From: a phage
Sequence record: PZ476263.1
DNA length: 64,000 nt
Direction: 5' to 3' (one strand)
Positions 48,758-58,819 of this stretch are shown here, piece by piece; position 1 is the stretch's first letter; each line of letters starts with the position of its first letter. Under the pieces are notes generated by a model. The model was not told where the DNA came from, searched no databases, and was given only the letters and a program-made list of their open reading frames with translations. The position numbers were made by a program, and so were the translations under genes.

Positions 48758-48787
48758 GGGAGCCTAGCGCTCCCTTTTCTTTTAATT
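48758..48787 (+). terminator. intrinsic terminator
   Basis: GGGAGC-ctagc-GCTCCC followed by TTTTCTTTTAATT. Confidence 0.6.
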
Positions 48788-48800
48788 CTCGGAATATTAT

Positions 48801-48809
48801 GATAAAATA
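48801..48809 (+). promoter_or_regulatory. late-type promoter element GATAAAATA
   Basis: ttATGATAAAATAcgc 33 nt upstream of ATG at 48843. Confidence 0.4.
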
Positions 48810-48842
48810 CGCTTATCGTCTAATTTTGGAGCAGGAGGAACA

Positions 48843-50327
48843 ATGGCGTCCAATTACGGTCTAACGGGTAGTGGATTTAACCTCCCGCCGATGGAAGACT
48901 TAGTTCAGGAAACGAAGAAAACCTTTAAGAATGAATTTGGTGAGGACTTCAATACTGAAAGCAACTCCGTCGCAGACAAACTAATTTCTATTTTCAACGA
49001 ACGTGAATACCAACTTTGGCTTTTGATGGGTTCTGTATATTACGCTCAGACAATGCAAGGTGCGGAAGGTATTTACCTTGATGATCTTCTATCTAAACGC
49101 GGTATCTATCGTAACGGCAAGACTCGAAGCACAGGTCAGGTACAAATGACCATTGGGTCAACTGTTCCTTACAATATGATCTATTCCGCGACGGCTTATA
49201 CCATTGACAATGATTATCGTCTTTCTAACGATGTACAGGTAGCAGGGAACATCTTTGCTCAAGTCATTAAAGGAACTGATCTTTCTGTTGGTAGTTATCG
49301 TCTACAGATCCAGAATATTAATGATCAATCCATAAAGGTCATGACTTATCAACTAACAGCCACTTCCGGTGCGCCTGTTATCGCATTCTTCTCAGCAATC
49401 AAAGAATTTATCGTCGAAAACACGATCCTTTCCAATACGGATAAGATCATCATCGACTCTGTGGAAAATGCAATCTACATTGGTTATGATACTAACAAGA
49501 ATCTTACAGGGTTGTCAAGTCGTATCGACTTCAGAACTCAACCCATTGCAGGTAACCGAACGATAACTTTAGATGTTCGTGCAACAGAGCCTGGTCCAAT
49601 ATCTCGTGATGCTTACAGTGTACGAGGTATAAGTCCTGTCCCTGCCGACTTCCTCGATCTTACAAACCTTGTGGCGTTCACGCCTGGTTCAGATGTAGAA
49701 TCTGATAACGAATATCGACTTCGTGCAATCGATGCAGTTAATACCGGAAAGGCAACAAGAACCGCGATCTTGGCTGCATTGCTGAACAAGGTTGAAGGTA
49801 TTGAAAAGGTAAGGATCTTCGCAAACAACACTGACAAGACTAATGCACTTGGTGTCCCTCCTTACTCGTTTATGCCAGTTGTTTATGGTGGTAACACCGC
49901 AGAGATTAGTCAAGTCCTTTACGACACAATCGCAGGTTCCAATAACACTTCGGGAACTACCTTCTACAACATCACGACTGAAGATGACCAGGTGGAAACT
50001 ATTTGGCATACAAAAGCTCAGGCAAGAAGATTGAGCTTACGTATCAGCTATCGTGGAAGACCTCTTTCTGTTGTTGAAGAAACAACGATATCAAATAGCT
50101 TGATTACTGCGATAAATGGAACTATGATAGCCGGAACACTGTATAACGTACAGCTCGTGGGTACTGTTATCAGTTCTACCGCATCCTCCCGCTTTACTCA
50201 AGTTTTTGTAGAGATAAAGAACGTAGAAGAACCTGAATCTTCCTACGTGGGAACGGATGTGTCTGCGGCAGTGACAGAAGTTTTTGCATTGTCGGCAGAA
50301 AATATTGAATTCCGTCAAATAGTTTAA
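48843..50327 (+). CDS. baseplate J-like protein, putative
   Basis: 494 aa, position after gpW-like gene. Confidence 0.35.
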   Translation: MASNYGLTGSGFNLPPMEDLVQETKKTFKNEFGEDFNTESNSVADKLISIFNEREYQLWLLMGSVYYAQTMQGAEGIYLDDLLSKRGIYRNGKTRSTGQVQMTIGSTVPYNMIYSATAYTIDNDYRLSNDVQVAGNIFAQVIKGTDLSVGSYRLQIQNINDQSIKVMTYQLTATSGAPVIAFFSAIKEFIVENTILSNTDKIIIDSVENAIYIGYDTNKNLTGLSSRIDFRTQPIAGNRTITLDVRATEPGPISRDAYSVRGISPVPADFLDLTNLVAFTPGSDVESDNEYRLRAIDAVNTGKATRTAILAALLNKVEGIEKVRIFANNTDKTNALGVPPYSFMPVVYGGNTAEISQVLYDTIAGSNNTSGTTFYNITTEDDQVETIWHTKAQARRLSLRISYRGRPLSVVEETTISNSLITAINGTMIAGTLYNVQLVGTVISSTASSRFTQVFVEIKNVEEPESSYVGTDVSAAVTEVFALSAENIEFRQIV

Positions 50328-50337
50328 GGAGTTAATT

Positions 50338-50979
50338 GTGGCAGAGAACGTAGAGAAAAAAGATGTTAACCACATCCATCCTCTGCCCGATTTCGTAAAA
50401 GGCGGTATAGATTACTTACCGCCCGAGATCTTTGAAAACAAAGATAACTTGCAGAAGGTCCTTGAGATCTTTCTGAAACGTCTTGAACTCATTGATCAAA
50501 AAGCTGTTGAACTTGCAGAGATGAGAACAATAATCAATGCGGAAGGTGAGACGCTTGACGAGATCGGAAGACAAAATGGGATATTCCGTAATGGACTCAA
50601 TGACCCTGAATATCGCGCGGTAATCATCATCCTAACGGGTGTTGGTTCTAAGAGCGGCACAAGGTCAGAAATAATATCCACACTGAAGCAGCTTTTCGGT
50701 GACGAAGGTGTTACTACCTATAAGGGTAAGAACTACCGAATGGATATTAACATATTTAACACATGTGTTGAAGTTGAACTTATTCTTGACCAGATCCTCG
50801 ATATGCTTCCTTTGGTTACTCACTTGAGACTTGTGGAGCATCAAGGGTATCCCTTTGGATTTGAGGGTGACCAACAAGCTTTCGGGTGGGCATCTGTCTA
50901 TGACAGTGAAAGAACTGGTGCAGGTGGATTATCAACTTTAGTTTATGTATCTGACGAAGAAGACCCTTGGAGCTTCTAA
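50338..50979 (+). CDS. baseplate/tail protein (gpI-like position), putative
   Basis: 213 aa, synteny. Confidence 0.3.
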   Translation: MAENVEKKDVNHIHPLPDFVKGGIDYLPPEIFENKDNLQKVLEIFLKRLELIDQKAVELAEMRTIINAEGETLDEIGRQNGIFRNGLNDPEYRAVIIILTGVGSKSGTRSEIISTLKQLFGDEGVTTYKGKNYRMDINIFNTCVEVELILDQILDMLPLVTHLRLVEHQGYPFGFEGDQQAFGWASVYDSERTGAGGLSTLVYVSDEEDPWSF

Positions 50980-50991
50980 TAGGAGAATTTA

Positions 50992-52626
50992 ATGGCTATA
51001 CCAACTACGCCGATTGTTGTTTTTGCGGCACAAGATGTTAACCTTCCTGGTACTGGAAGACCAAACAAATCAAAACCTATTGATGATCTGTTGGCGAAAG
51101 GTTATGACAAGGGCCAGAAACCTGCGGCGGAAGAATTTAACTATATCCTCCACCAATCTGGAGCTTGGCTTTCTTATATCATCAATGAGAAGTTCCCCGA
51201 GGTAGAAGAGGAATATCGCAGACTAATCAACGAGCTTGAAAATCGTATTAACGAACAGATCACTATTATTCGTCAAGACGTTGCTGCGGTAAGGCAAAAC
51301 GTAATTGAATTACGTCAATACTTGGATCAACAGGTGGCGAATCTTCGTCGTGAGATTACTGCGGTTGACCAACGGGTTACTCGTTTATCTCAAGACTTGG
51401 ATGCGGCTGTTGCTAACCTTACTTCACGTATAGATGCATTGGAGCCTCGTTTAGTTCCAATTGGTGCAATCCTTACATGGGCAGGACAAACCCCGCCTGC
51501 GGGTTATTTAGAGTGTAATGGTCAGGTATACAATACGAACCAAAACCCGAAACTCTATCAAGTTTTAGGAAGAAACGTAGTTCCTGATTATCGTGGTTTG
51601 TTCCTTCGTGGATGGGCGCATGGGTCTAACGCATACGATCCTGATTCTGGTCGTGCATTGGGATCTATTCAGGGCGATGCAATCCGAAACATTACGGGCG
51701 CAATGGGATATGAAAGTATCCGTACTGACCACGGTTATCGTGAAACTGGTGCACTTTATACTCAGTACAATTCCAACAGTGGTCCAGACCATGACCGTAA
51801 AAACCCTGCGGGTGATGTACGGTTTGATGCGAGCCGTGTAGTTCCTACCGCTCCTGAGAACAGACCAAAAAACGCCGCAGTTATGTATATCATAAAAACT
51901 GATCAGGCTCAGGGTACGGGAAGTCTTTCTCCTACGTCCTTGATTACTACACCTGATACGATAACTAACCGTGTTGGATTTACTCAAGGGATTAGTGCTC
52001 AAGTTCTTCCTGCAAACTTAGCTAGTCAGTATCCGGTAACTTGGACATCACAAAACGGTAATGTTGCAACCGTGGATAGTGCAGGTAACGTAAGATTGAC
52101 CGGACCTGGTGAGACGAATATTATTGCCTCTATATCTACGGGATTGTCGGCGCAGGTTAGAATTGTATCCTATACCGCACTAACAAGTATTAGTATTGGC
52201 ACTATTCCAACCATAGAAGTTAACGGGTCTGAAGTTGTACCTATTAACAGAGTACCTGCAAACTCCAATGAACCTCTGGTTTATTCAACCAGTAATGCAA
52301 ACGTGGCAGTAGTTACCCAAGGTGGTTATGTTTCAGGTGTTGCTCCAGGGACAGCTGTTATTACTGTGCGTGGCTCTATTTCTGGCGCTCAAGCTACAAG
52401 ACAGGTAACTGTAATTCCTGCGACTGTTGTTCAAACTATCGAAGATGTTCGTTTAGGTATTGAACAGCAAACCACTATGAACGGTGACAACTACACGAGT
52501 CCAGTTCGTGCTCCGGCAGGTTGTGTTATCACAGGTGTTGTTTCTGCGGGTCTTGGTCTTAACCAAGGTTATTATAAACCAATCCAGAAGCTTATGTCCG
52601 GCGTTTGGGTGACAGTTCAAGGATAA
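50992..52626 (+). CDS. tail fiber protein with coiled-coil stalk, tail-collar-like domain and Ig-like repeats
   Basis: heptad region (RINEQITIIRQDVAAVRQNV...), PIGAILTWAG...YLECNGQ...LYQVLG...PDYRGLFLRG collar-like motif, two Big_2-like segments. Confidence 0.55.
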   Translation: MAIPTTPIVVFAAQDVNLPGTGRPNKSKPIDDLLAKGYDKGQKPAAEEFNYILHQSGAWLSYIINEKFPEVEEEYRRLINELENRINEQITIIRQDVAAVRQNVIELRQYLDQQVANLRREITAVDQRVTRLSQDLDAAVANLTSRIDALEPRLVPIGAILTWAGQTPPAGYLECNGQVYNTNQNPKLYQVLGRNVVPDYRGLFLRGWAHGSNAYDPDSGRALGSIQGDAIRNITGAMGYESIRTDHGYRETGALYTQYNSNSGPDHDRKNPAGDVRFDASRVVPTAPENRPKNAAVMYIIKTDQAQGTGSLSPTSLITTPDTITNRVGFTQGISAQVLPANLASQYPVTWTSQNGNVATVDSAGNVRLTGPGETNIIASISTGLSAQVRIVSYTALTSISIGTIPTIEVNGSEVVPINRVPANSNEPLVYSTSNANVAVVTQGGYVSGVAPGTAVITVRGSISGAQATRQVTVIPATVVQTIEDVRLGIEQQTTMNGDNYTSPVRAPAGCVITGVVSAGLGLNQGYYKPIQKLMSGVWVTVQG

Positions 52627-52631
52627 TAATC

Positions 52632-53144
52632 ATGAGAATGAATAATTTTAAAGTATACTCGCCAGAGGTTAAAGCTTTTGGTGAAGGAGTTCAATATTTT
52701 CAAGATGAAAAGGGAAGGGACTTCTATGAATCTCGTGGACTATTCAAAAAGAAATATGTAGTTTTCTTTGATGAGCACAATATAGTTCGTGGATGGGCAA
52801 AAAGTGAAGAAGTTACCCGTCTTCACCCAGGTGGTTTATCCGTTGTCGACCTGAATACCTTGCCGAAAGAATTTTCTTTACAGGATGGTGTGTGGTCATT
52901 CAATGGGAAACAGGTCGTTAAAGCCGACTATGATCCGGTATTTACCACGGAAGTAAGAAAGGCAGGTATTTTGCAAGTAATTGGGTCTGTTATCGCCCCA
53001 CTTCAAGATGCTGTTGAATTAGGAGAGGCTACGGAAGAAGAGACTGAAAAATACAATCATCTCCGCAGGATGAGAGTTAAAGTCATGCGTATTCCAGATA
53101 GCACTTGCCCCGCCGATATAGACTGGTCAGAGTTTACTGTCTAA
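52632..53144 (+). CDS. tail fiber assembly protein (gpG/Tfa-like), putative
   Basis: immediately after fiber gene; ~170 aa; C-terminal DIDWSEF. Confidence 0.4.
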   Translation: MRMNNFKVYSPEVKAFGEGVQYFQDEKGRDFYESRGLFKKKYVVFFDEHNIVRGWAKSEEVTRLHPGGLSVVDLNTLPKEFSLQDGVWSFNGKQVVKADYDPVFTTEVRKAGILQVIGSVIAPLQDAVELGEATEEETEKYNHLRRMRVKVMRIPDSTCPADIDWSEFTV

Positions 53145-53186
53145 TCTTACATTTATGTCGGGCTTCGGCCCGACTGTGGAGAATCT

Positions 53187-53519
53187 ATGATTGTTGATTT
53201 AATGGCAGTATTAAAAGCACTATGGGGCCTATTAACATTCATTCTTTTAGGTGCACTTAAGATATTTTATTCCGACTTCAAAAAATTGGAGTCCCGTCAA
53301 AGTGAACTTGAAAAGGATGTTCTGCGACTTAAAGAATCTGCGGTCACTAAGGATAGTATTGATGCGATCCTTGACCGAAAAATAAAACATATTACTGATA
53401 CCATTCAAGATATCCGCGAAGATATCACCGACATGAGAAGGGAGGCTAAGGAAGAGAACCATGCTCTTCAGCGTGATATTCGCGAATTGTTGAATAAGAT
53501 CATAGAGGGTCGTAAATGA
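53187..53519 (+). CDS. membrane-anchored coiled-coil protein
   Basis: N-terminal TM (LMAVLKALWGLLTFILLGAL) then charged coiled coil; 110 aa. Confidence 0.4.
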   Translation: MIVDLMAVLKALWGLLTFILLGALKIFYSDFKKLESRQSELEKDVLRLKESAVTKDSIDAILDRKIKHITDTIQDIREDITDMRREAKEENHALQRDIRELLNKIIEGRK

Positions 53520-53974
53520 TTACAGCCATAATATATGGCCTTTGTTTTGTAATCCTTGCAACCCGAAAAGAGAGTGGCACGAAGATGGTGGCGGGGATTT
53601 GCCTCGCCTACCTGATTATCGAAAATATAATTTTGTATTATTTCAGCGGTATGATCGTCTTTGACATTTCTCTTTATTTTAATGTCCTCTGGGCATTGGA
53701 TTCGATACTGCTTTTCACTTTAGGTTGCACAGTGAAAGGATTAAGACAAAAGCTAATAGTCGGACTCAGTATACCTTTTATGCTTGTCCAAGTGTTTGCA
53801 ATCCAATACCCAGAACTTTTCCCTCTTTGGGTGTATGAATTCGCTTTCAAGGATGCCCACAAATATTTCATAGAGGTATTTGTGTTTGTATTTTCTTGGA
53901 AGGATAATACAGTCCCTGAGTGGATCAGAACAGCCATAGTAATATTTCTGGTCTTGATTGCTCATTTGGTCTGA
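53516..53974 (+). CDS. polytopic small membrane protein
   Basis: 152 aa, 4-5 hydrophobic helices; ATGA overlap with upstream gene. Confidence 0.4.
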   Translation: MITAIIYGLCFVILATRKESGTKMVAGICLAYLIIENIILYYFSGMIVFDISLYFNVLWALDSILLFTLGCTVKGLRQKLIVGLSIPFMLVQVFAIQYPELFPLWVYEFAFKDAHKYFIEVFVFVFSWKDNTVPEWIRTAIVIFLVLIAHLV

Positions 53975-53996
53975 ACATTGATAATGAAGGTGATCC

Positions 53997-54257
53997 ATGT
54001 TAAAATTTCTGAAAGACCTAGTAACCTCCGCAATAGAACCAGATAAGGCTTCACATACGAAGTTTTGGTCCAATGTGGGTATGGCAGCTATGACTGCTGT
54101 CTTTTTATGGTATGGGTTTAATAATACATTACCAGAGTGGTACGTTTGGTTGTATGCCCCAACCGTGGTTGCTCCGCACCTGTTGAGTGACCTAATTAAC
54201 CTTCGCTGGGGATTATCTCTTAAAAAGGATAAAGACCCTTCAGACGAAAACAAGTAA
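53997..54257 (+). CDS. holin-like small membrane protein
   Basis: 86 aa, two hydrophobic segments, charged C-terminus KKDKDPSDENK. Confidence 0.35.
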   Translation: MLKFLKDLVTSAIEPDKASHTKFWSNVGMAAMTAVFLWYGFNNTLPEWYVWLYAPTVVAPHLLSDLINLRWGLSLKKDKDPSDENK

Positions 54258-54269
54258 GAGGAGACAACT

Positions 54270-57200
54270 GTGTCGTCTAATACCGATATTTTAGCTTTGC
54301 TTAATACGGAAGCGGATCAAGCTGTGGACCAAATCATTGAAGACTCTAGAAGACTTCACTTGGTGGTCAATGGTACAGGAACAGAACAAGTAGTTACTGA
54401 AGATGGTAGCCTGATTCCTACAATCCGTAAAGCAATTATTGATAATTTTTATTTCAAAACTCCACCTTTACCTTGGAGAAATGGAGGATCGGTTGTTGAG
54501 TTTAACCAACTGTATGCTTTCACCGATCTGAATGGGAATGTATCTTGGTGGTATGCTCCTGGTGCGACGAGTGCTTCTCCTGTTGTGATGAGAGATAGCC
54601 CAATCAATGATGGTAAGTTTAGACCATTCTTTGATAAAGGTAATATTCAAGACACTTACGCTCCGCTTCTTTCTCCGGCTTTCCGTGGAAACCCTACAGT
54701 ACCACTCCCTCCTGAGGGAGATTCTTCCTTTACCATTGCACCAACTGCATGGGTATCTCGCGAAATTGAAAAGGTCCGTGGTGAAATAGTTGAAGAATCT
54801 CGCGGTGAATTTCAAAACATTATTGTAAGGGACGATGCATCTCTTAAAGACCTCTACGTAAGTGGGGAAGCGATCTTTACAAGTGAGAGAATTGCTGCAT
54901 TGGATTCCGAGCTGTCGCTTAAGCGCTTAAGAATGGCAGGTCCACAAGCGGAGATGGCTTTTGAGCAAAATGGATCCTCCCCTGCTGCGGGACTTACCAA
55001 AAAGACAAATATAAAGCCTTATGAAATAACCACTGGCAGGTTCATTTCCAATACTGTGCAGGCTGACGAGATTAAAGTTGGTGATACCTCTCGTTCAGTA
55101 AACAGTTTGGATGTTGAAGGTTACATGCAGGCTGATTATTTACATCTGGAAGGTAATGCCAATAACGATGCGGAAAGACCTCAGTTAATTGTTGACGGCA
55201 TCGCAGAGATTAAAACTCTTCGCGTTATAGATACAATTGAAGGGTTGAAAGCTGACGTTGAAGGTCTAGATATTAACCCCAATAGTGTCGTAGTTGAAAG
55301 AACTTCAAGGGTAAAAGGTGCAGCAACTTTTGATTCTACCGTAAATGTATCCGGCACAACGACTTTAAATAATGTGGTTATTGAAGGTACGCTAACGGGC
55401 GCAGGGATCGGTGTTGACGGAAAAGATATTGCTCCTCGTTCAGTAAATGCGACTTCTGTAACTGTTGCACAAAATCTTAACGTAACTGGTGAGACTTTTG
55501 CAGCTGGGGATATGACTGTAAATAACCTTAGGGTTAACGGTGCACTCATCGCAGATATCGATATTGAGGGAAGTGATCTTAACTTCACCAACATTAACGT
55601 CTCAGAAAAAGCCACAATAAAAGACCTTGAAGTGACAGGAACTGTAACCGGATTTACTGTAAGTGTTGACGGAGAGGATATTTCTCCTGCAACGGTAACA
55701 ACCTCCGGCAATGTAACTGTTGGAAATAACCTTCGTGTCTCTGGCGATCTTACTGTAGATGGTGAACTGGCAATACCTGCCTTAGATACAGGAGAGATCA
55801 CTGCGGGAGATATTTCAGGTAATTCTTTAACCCTCGACGGCGATCTTACCACAGGTCCAGAGTCTACCACTCGTCTTCATAATCTCGTTGTCACAGGAAC
55901 GACCACAGGCCTCACTGTAACAGCGAATGTAGATGGACAAGACATTCTCCCATCCAGTGTCGCTACAGGCAATCTGGATGCATCTGGAGAGGTTTCAGCG
56001 GCATCTCTGTCGGTTACTGGGGCAACGCAAGTAAAAGACCTGAATATTACAGGGACTGTTACCGGATTACAGATCGATCTTTCTGACGAGGCGGTATCTG
56101 TTGATTCAATAACGGCAAGAAGAACTTCCAACTTCGCAGATATTAGTACGACAAATATCACAAATGCTGAAAAGATTACAACTCAGGATTTACAAATCCT
56201 CGGTGATCTTACAGATGCTGACGGTAACCCATTCTATGCCAATGTGACTGGTCAAGACATCTTACCTAACAGTGTTCAATCTGCAACATCTGTCCGAACT
56301 AAAACTTTACGTGTTGAAGAAACATCTCTTCTTGAAGGAACAGTTACTTTAAATAACGGATTGATTGTTACTGACGGGGACATAACTTCAACGCAAGGTA
56401 TTGCAAAGTTTAACGATGTTCAGATATTTGGTTCTTTAACAGATGCGAATGGTAATGGTATTGGCACTGTTGAAAGTATCCAAGGAAGAGATATTGCCCC
56501 TCGAAGTGTTGTGGCTCAAGTTGATGTTCAGGCCGCAGCCTTAGAAATAACAGGGCAGGCACATGTAGGTTCTTTGATTGTTGATGGAGAAACTACAACG
56601 AGCAGCATAAACATTTCAGGTATTGCAACTGCTAATGAAGTTATTGTTGACACGGTAAGGTCTGGTCAGATAACTTCAGGAAACGTAGTAATAACAAGAA
56701 CTGTAGGCTCTTCTGATCCGGCACTTGAAGTACGTGGCCCAGGGCAGATTCAAGGCGATCTCAGTGTTACTGGAACAATCTCTGGAAACATTGACCTGTC
56801 TGCCAAAGATATCAGTGTAAACTCTTTAACCTCAGCAGGAGCTATAACCGGAATATCTGTTTCTTCCAGCACTTCTGTAACTGGATTGTCTGCTACTTTT
56901 GGTGAAGATTACCCTGAAGCACCTGCCTACGGGATTACATCTTTATCTGGTGCAAACATTAATAAAAACCTTCGTGTTGGTGGTAATTTAACTGTTGTTG
57001 GGAACATCTCTGGAAACATTGATCTTAGTGGGAAGACTATCTCTCCGCAAGAGGTTGATGCAACCACGATTGGAGCTACAAATGCCAATCTGACCAACCT
57101 TACAGTTACCGGAAACCTGACTTTACCTTCAGTACCTTTGACTTCTCAAAGTCTTACGGCGGAGGGTCTTGTTAGTGCAGCTAAGTTTAGCACAACTCCA

Positions 57201-57503
57201 AAAGAAAATACAACCAGTTCTTCTACCTACATCCCTGACGGAACTACAAGCGTTTATAACGTTAACGTAGTAAACGATGTGGAAGTAAGAGCACCGTTGA
57301 ATTTGCTTACAAGTGCTAAAGGAGAATCAATTTTCCTGTTCTTCGAACAAGACTCCATCGGAGGTCATGCTGTAACCTTCGGTTCTGATTTTGTTATTCA
57401 TGGAAGTGAAACCATCAACACGGATCCTAGTTCAATAACTGTGGTAAACATGGTTTATCGTGGTAAAGGTCCTTTGATTGACGTTTTCATCACCCGTCGC
57501 TAA
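54270..57503 (+). CDS. long repetitive tail fiber protein (1077 aa)
   Basis: more than 12 tandem ~40-50 aa modules of the form G.DI.P.SV......L.V.G; Thr/Gly/Val-rich. Confidence 0.55.
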   Translation: MSSNTDILALLNTEADQAVDQIIEDSRRLHLVVNGTGTEQVVTEDGSLIPTIRKAIIDNFYFKTPPLPWRNGGSVVEFNQLYAFTDLNGNVSWWYAPGATSASPVVMRDSPINDGKFRPFFDKGNIQDTYAPLLSPAFRGNPTVPLPPEGDSSFTIAPTAWVSREIEKVRGEIVEESRGEFQNIIVRDDASLKDLYVSGEAIFTSERIAALDSELSLKRLRMAGPQAEMAFEQNGSSPAAGLTKKTNIKPYEITTGRFISNTVQADEIKVGDTSRSVNSLDVEGYMQADYLHLEGNANNDAERPQLIVDGIAEIKTLRVIDTIEGLKADVEGLDINPNSVVVERTSRVKGAATFDSTVNVSGTTTLNNVVIEGTLTGAGIGVDGKDIAPRSVNATSVTVAQNLNVTGETFAAGDMTVNNLRVNGALIADIDIEGSDLNFTNINVSEKATIKDLEVTGTVTGFTVSVDGEDISPATVTTSGNVTVGNNLRVSGDLTVDGELAIPALDTGEITAGDISGNSLTLDGDLTTGPESTTRLHNLVVTGTTTGLTVTANVDGQDILPSSVATGNLDASGEVSAASLSVTGATQVKDLNITGTVTGLQIDLSDEAVSVDSITARRTSNFADISTTNITNAEKITTQDLQILGDLTDADGNPFYANVTGQDILPNSVQSATSVRTKTLRVEETSLLEGTVTLNNGLIVTDGDITSTQGIAKFNDVQIFGSLTDANGNGIGTVESIQGRDIAPRSVVAQVDVQAAALEITGQAHVGSLIVDGETTTSSINISGIATANEVIVDTVRSGQITSGNVVITRTVGSSDPALEVRGPGQIQGDLSVTGTISGNIDLSAKDISVNSLTSAGAITGISVSSSTSVTGLSATFGEDYPEAPAYGITSLSGANINKNLRVGGNLTVVGNISGNIDLSGKTISPQEVDATTIGATNANLTNLTVTGNLTLPSVPLTSQSLTAEGLVSAAKFSTTPKENTTSSSTYIPDGTTSVYNVNVVNDVEVRAPLNLLTSAKGESIFLFFEQDSIGGHAVTFGSDFVIHGSETINTDPSSITVVNMVYRGKGPLIDVFITRR

Positions 57504-57505
57504 TA

Positions 57506-57530
57506 AAGGCCCTTCGGGGCCTTTTCTTTT
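57506..57530 (+). terminator. intrinsic terminator (UUCG tetraloop)
   Basis: AAGGCCC-ttcg-GGGCCTT followed by TTCTTTT. Confidence 0.55.
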
Positions 57531-57541
57531 AAGGAGATAAC

Positions 57542-58774
57542 ATGATCCCTTTTCCAATTATAAACTTCGGTGCAGGACCTGTAATTCCGGCTGGGGTGAA
57601 AATTAAAAATATTCTTAATAATGTTTCTGGCGGAATCTATCTTTTGCTAACAAATGGTGATCTCTATGTTGTTGGTAATCAGGGCGGAAACGGTCTAGGA
57701 AAGAACGGAACAGCAAATATATTACCTTCTGGGTGGACCCTTACAAACACAGGTGTTGAGGAAGTCTATCCTGCAAGTATTACATATGGTTCTGGTGTGT
57801 GGGTTAAGAAGAATAATAATCTTTATGAGTATACGTCATCTTCAGTATTCCCTGCCGTAGCTACTGAACTAAATAACTCCTGGAACGTATTGCCTGCATC
57901 TTATTACACAATAGGAGGGGTTAATATACTGTCCTCCGCTGTCCAGATAACTAAAAACTACGCTATTCAACCTGACGGCACAGTTTACCAATTCAAAGCC
58001 ACAGGTCCTGAAGTGGCATGGCCCGAGAAGACTAAATACATTTTCGAAAATACCTTTAACCAAGTAAGGGTTGATGTTGACGGAAGTTTAAGATACAACG
58101 GTCCCAACGGGTACGACAGGATAGATGGCACTGTTTCTGGGGCAACTACCACATTGACTTGGAAAACAATAGGCGATTCCACAGTAAGATACGTGAAGGC
58201 AAAATGTTCGAGAGGTCAAATAAGAGATCCTTCCGGCGGGACTGGTGCGGTCCCTATAGTTGCTGTCTTTGCTCAAAGAGAAGATGGAGTTTGGGAAGGA
58301 TGCGGATCTACAGGTAGAGCAGGTTCCTCGCTTGGCAATTTACAAGGACCTACCTTGGGTGTAATGACCGACGTACCTGTGGGTAGTGACCTCTATACAG
58401 GTCAGGTATCCAGTTACAGAGAGGCGAGCTTAGGTGTGAGGACTGCCCTTCAAACATATATTGTAGATAGGGTTACCAATACGTACCTTTCCTCTGGCGG
58501 ACAAGGTGGTGAAACATACTCCCTGTACAGAAACTTACCTATCGCCACAAACTCTACCACTTATGCATCTATGGATCAACAGATAATTGATGATGGTGGT
58601 GTTCTGACGATTGCGGAAGGATTTGGAGATACCTTTGGACTACTTGCTACAAATAATGGGAGTCTTTATTGGGTTGGTAAGGGTTACAGTGGTACTAACT
58701 GGCCTTCTGACTTTAATAACACCTCTACTTATTTAAGTAAGTTCAATCTTGAAGGGATAGTGATTCCTGAATAA
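57542..58774 (+). CDS. putative receptor-binding / tail protein with beta-propeller-like repeats
   Basis: 410 aa, Gly/Thr/Asn-rich, repeated G.LY.VG motifs; last gene of late unit. Confidence 0.35.
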   Translation: MIPFPIINFGAGPVIPAGVKIKNILNNVSGGIYLLLTNGDLYVVGNQGGNGLGKNGTANILPSGWTLTNTGVEEVYPASITYGSGVWVKKNNNLYEYTSSSVFPAVATELNNSWNVLPASYYTIGGVNILSSAVQITKNYAIQPDGTVYQFKATGPEVAWPEKTKYIFENTFNQVRVDVDGSLRYNGPNGYDRIDGTVSGATTTLTWKTIGDSTVRYVKAKCSRGQIRDPSGGTGAVPIVAVFAQREDGVWEGCGSTGRAGSSLGNLQGPTLGVMTDVPVGSDLYTGQVSSYREASLGVRTALQTYIVDRVTNTYLSSGGQGGETYSLYRNLPIATNSTTYASMDQQIIDDGGVLTIAEGFGDTFGLLATNNGSLYWVGKGYSGTNWPSDFNNTSTYLSKFNLEGIVIPE

Positions 58775-58778
58775 TAAA

Positions 58779-58809
58779 AAAGGCTCCCAAAAGGGAGCCT
58801 TTATTTTTA
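58779..58809. terminator. bidirectional intrinsic terminator between convergent transcription units
   Basis: AGGCTCCC-aaaa-GGGAGCCT flanked by A-run upstream and T-run downstream. Confidence 0.65.
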
Positions 58810-58819
58810 TCCTTGAATA

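Noticed and set aside
55181-56161. Minus-strand ORFs (229 aa and 94 aa) within the 1077-aa fiber gene
   Set aside because: Antisense to a repetitive Thr/Val/Gly-rich coding region; Ser/Pro/Val-rich translation without RBS.
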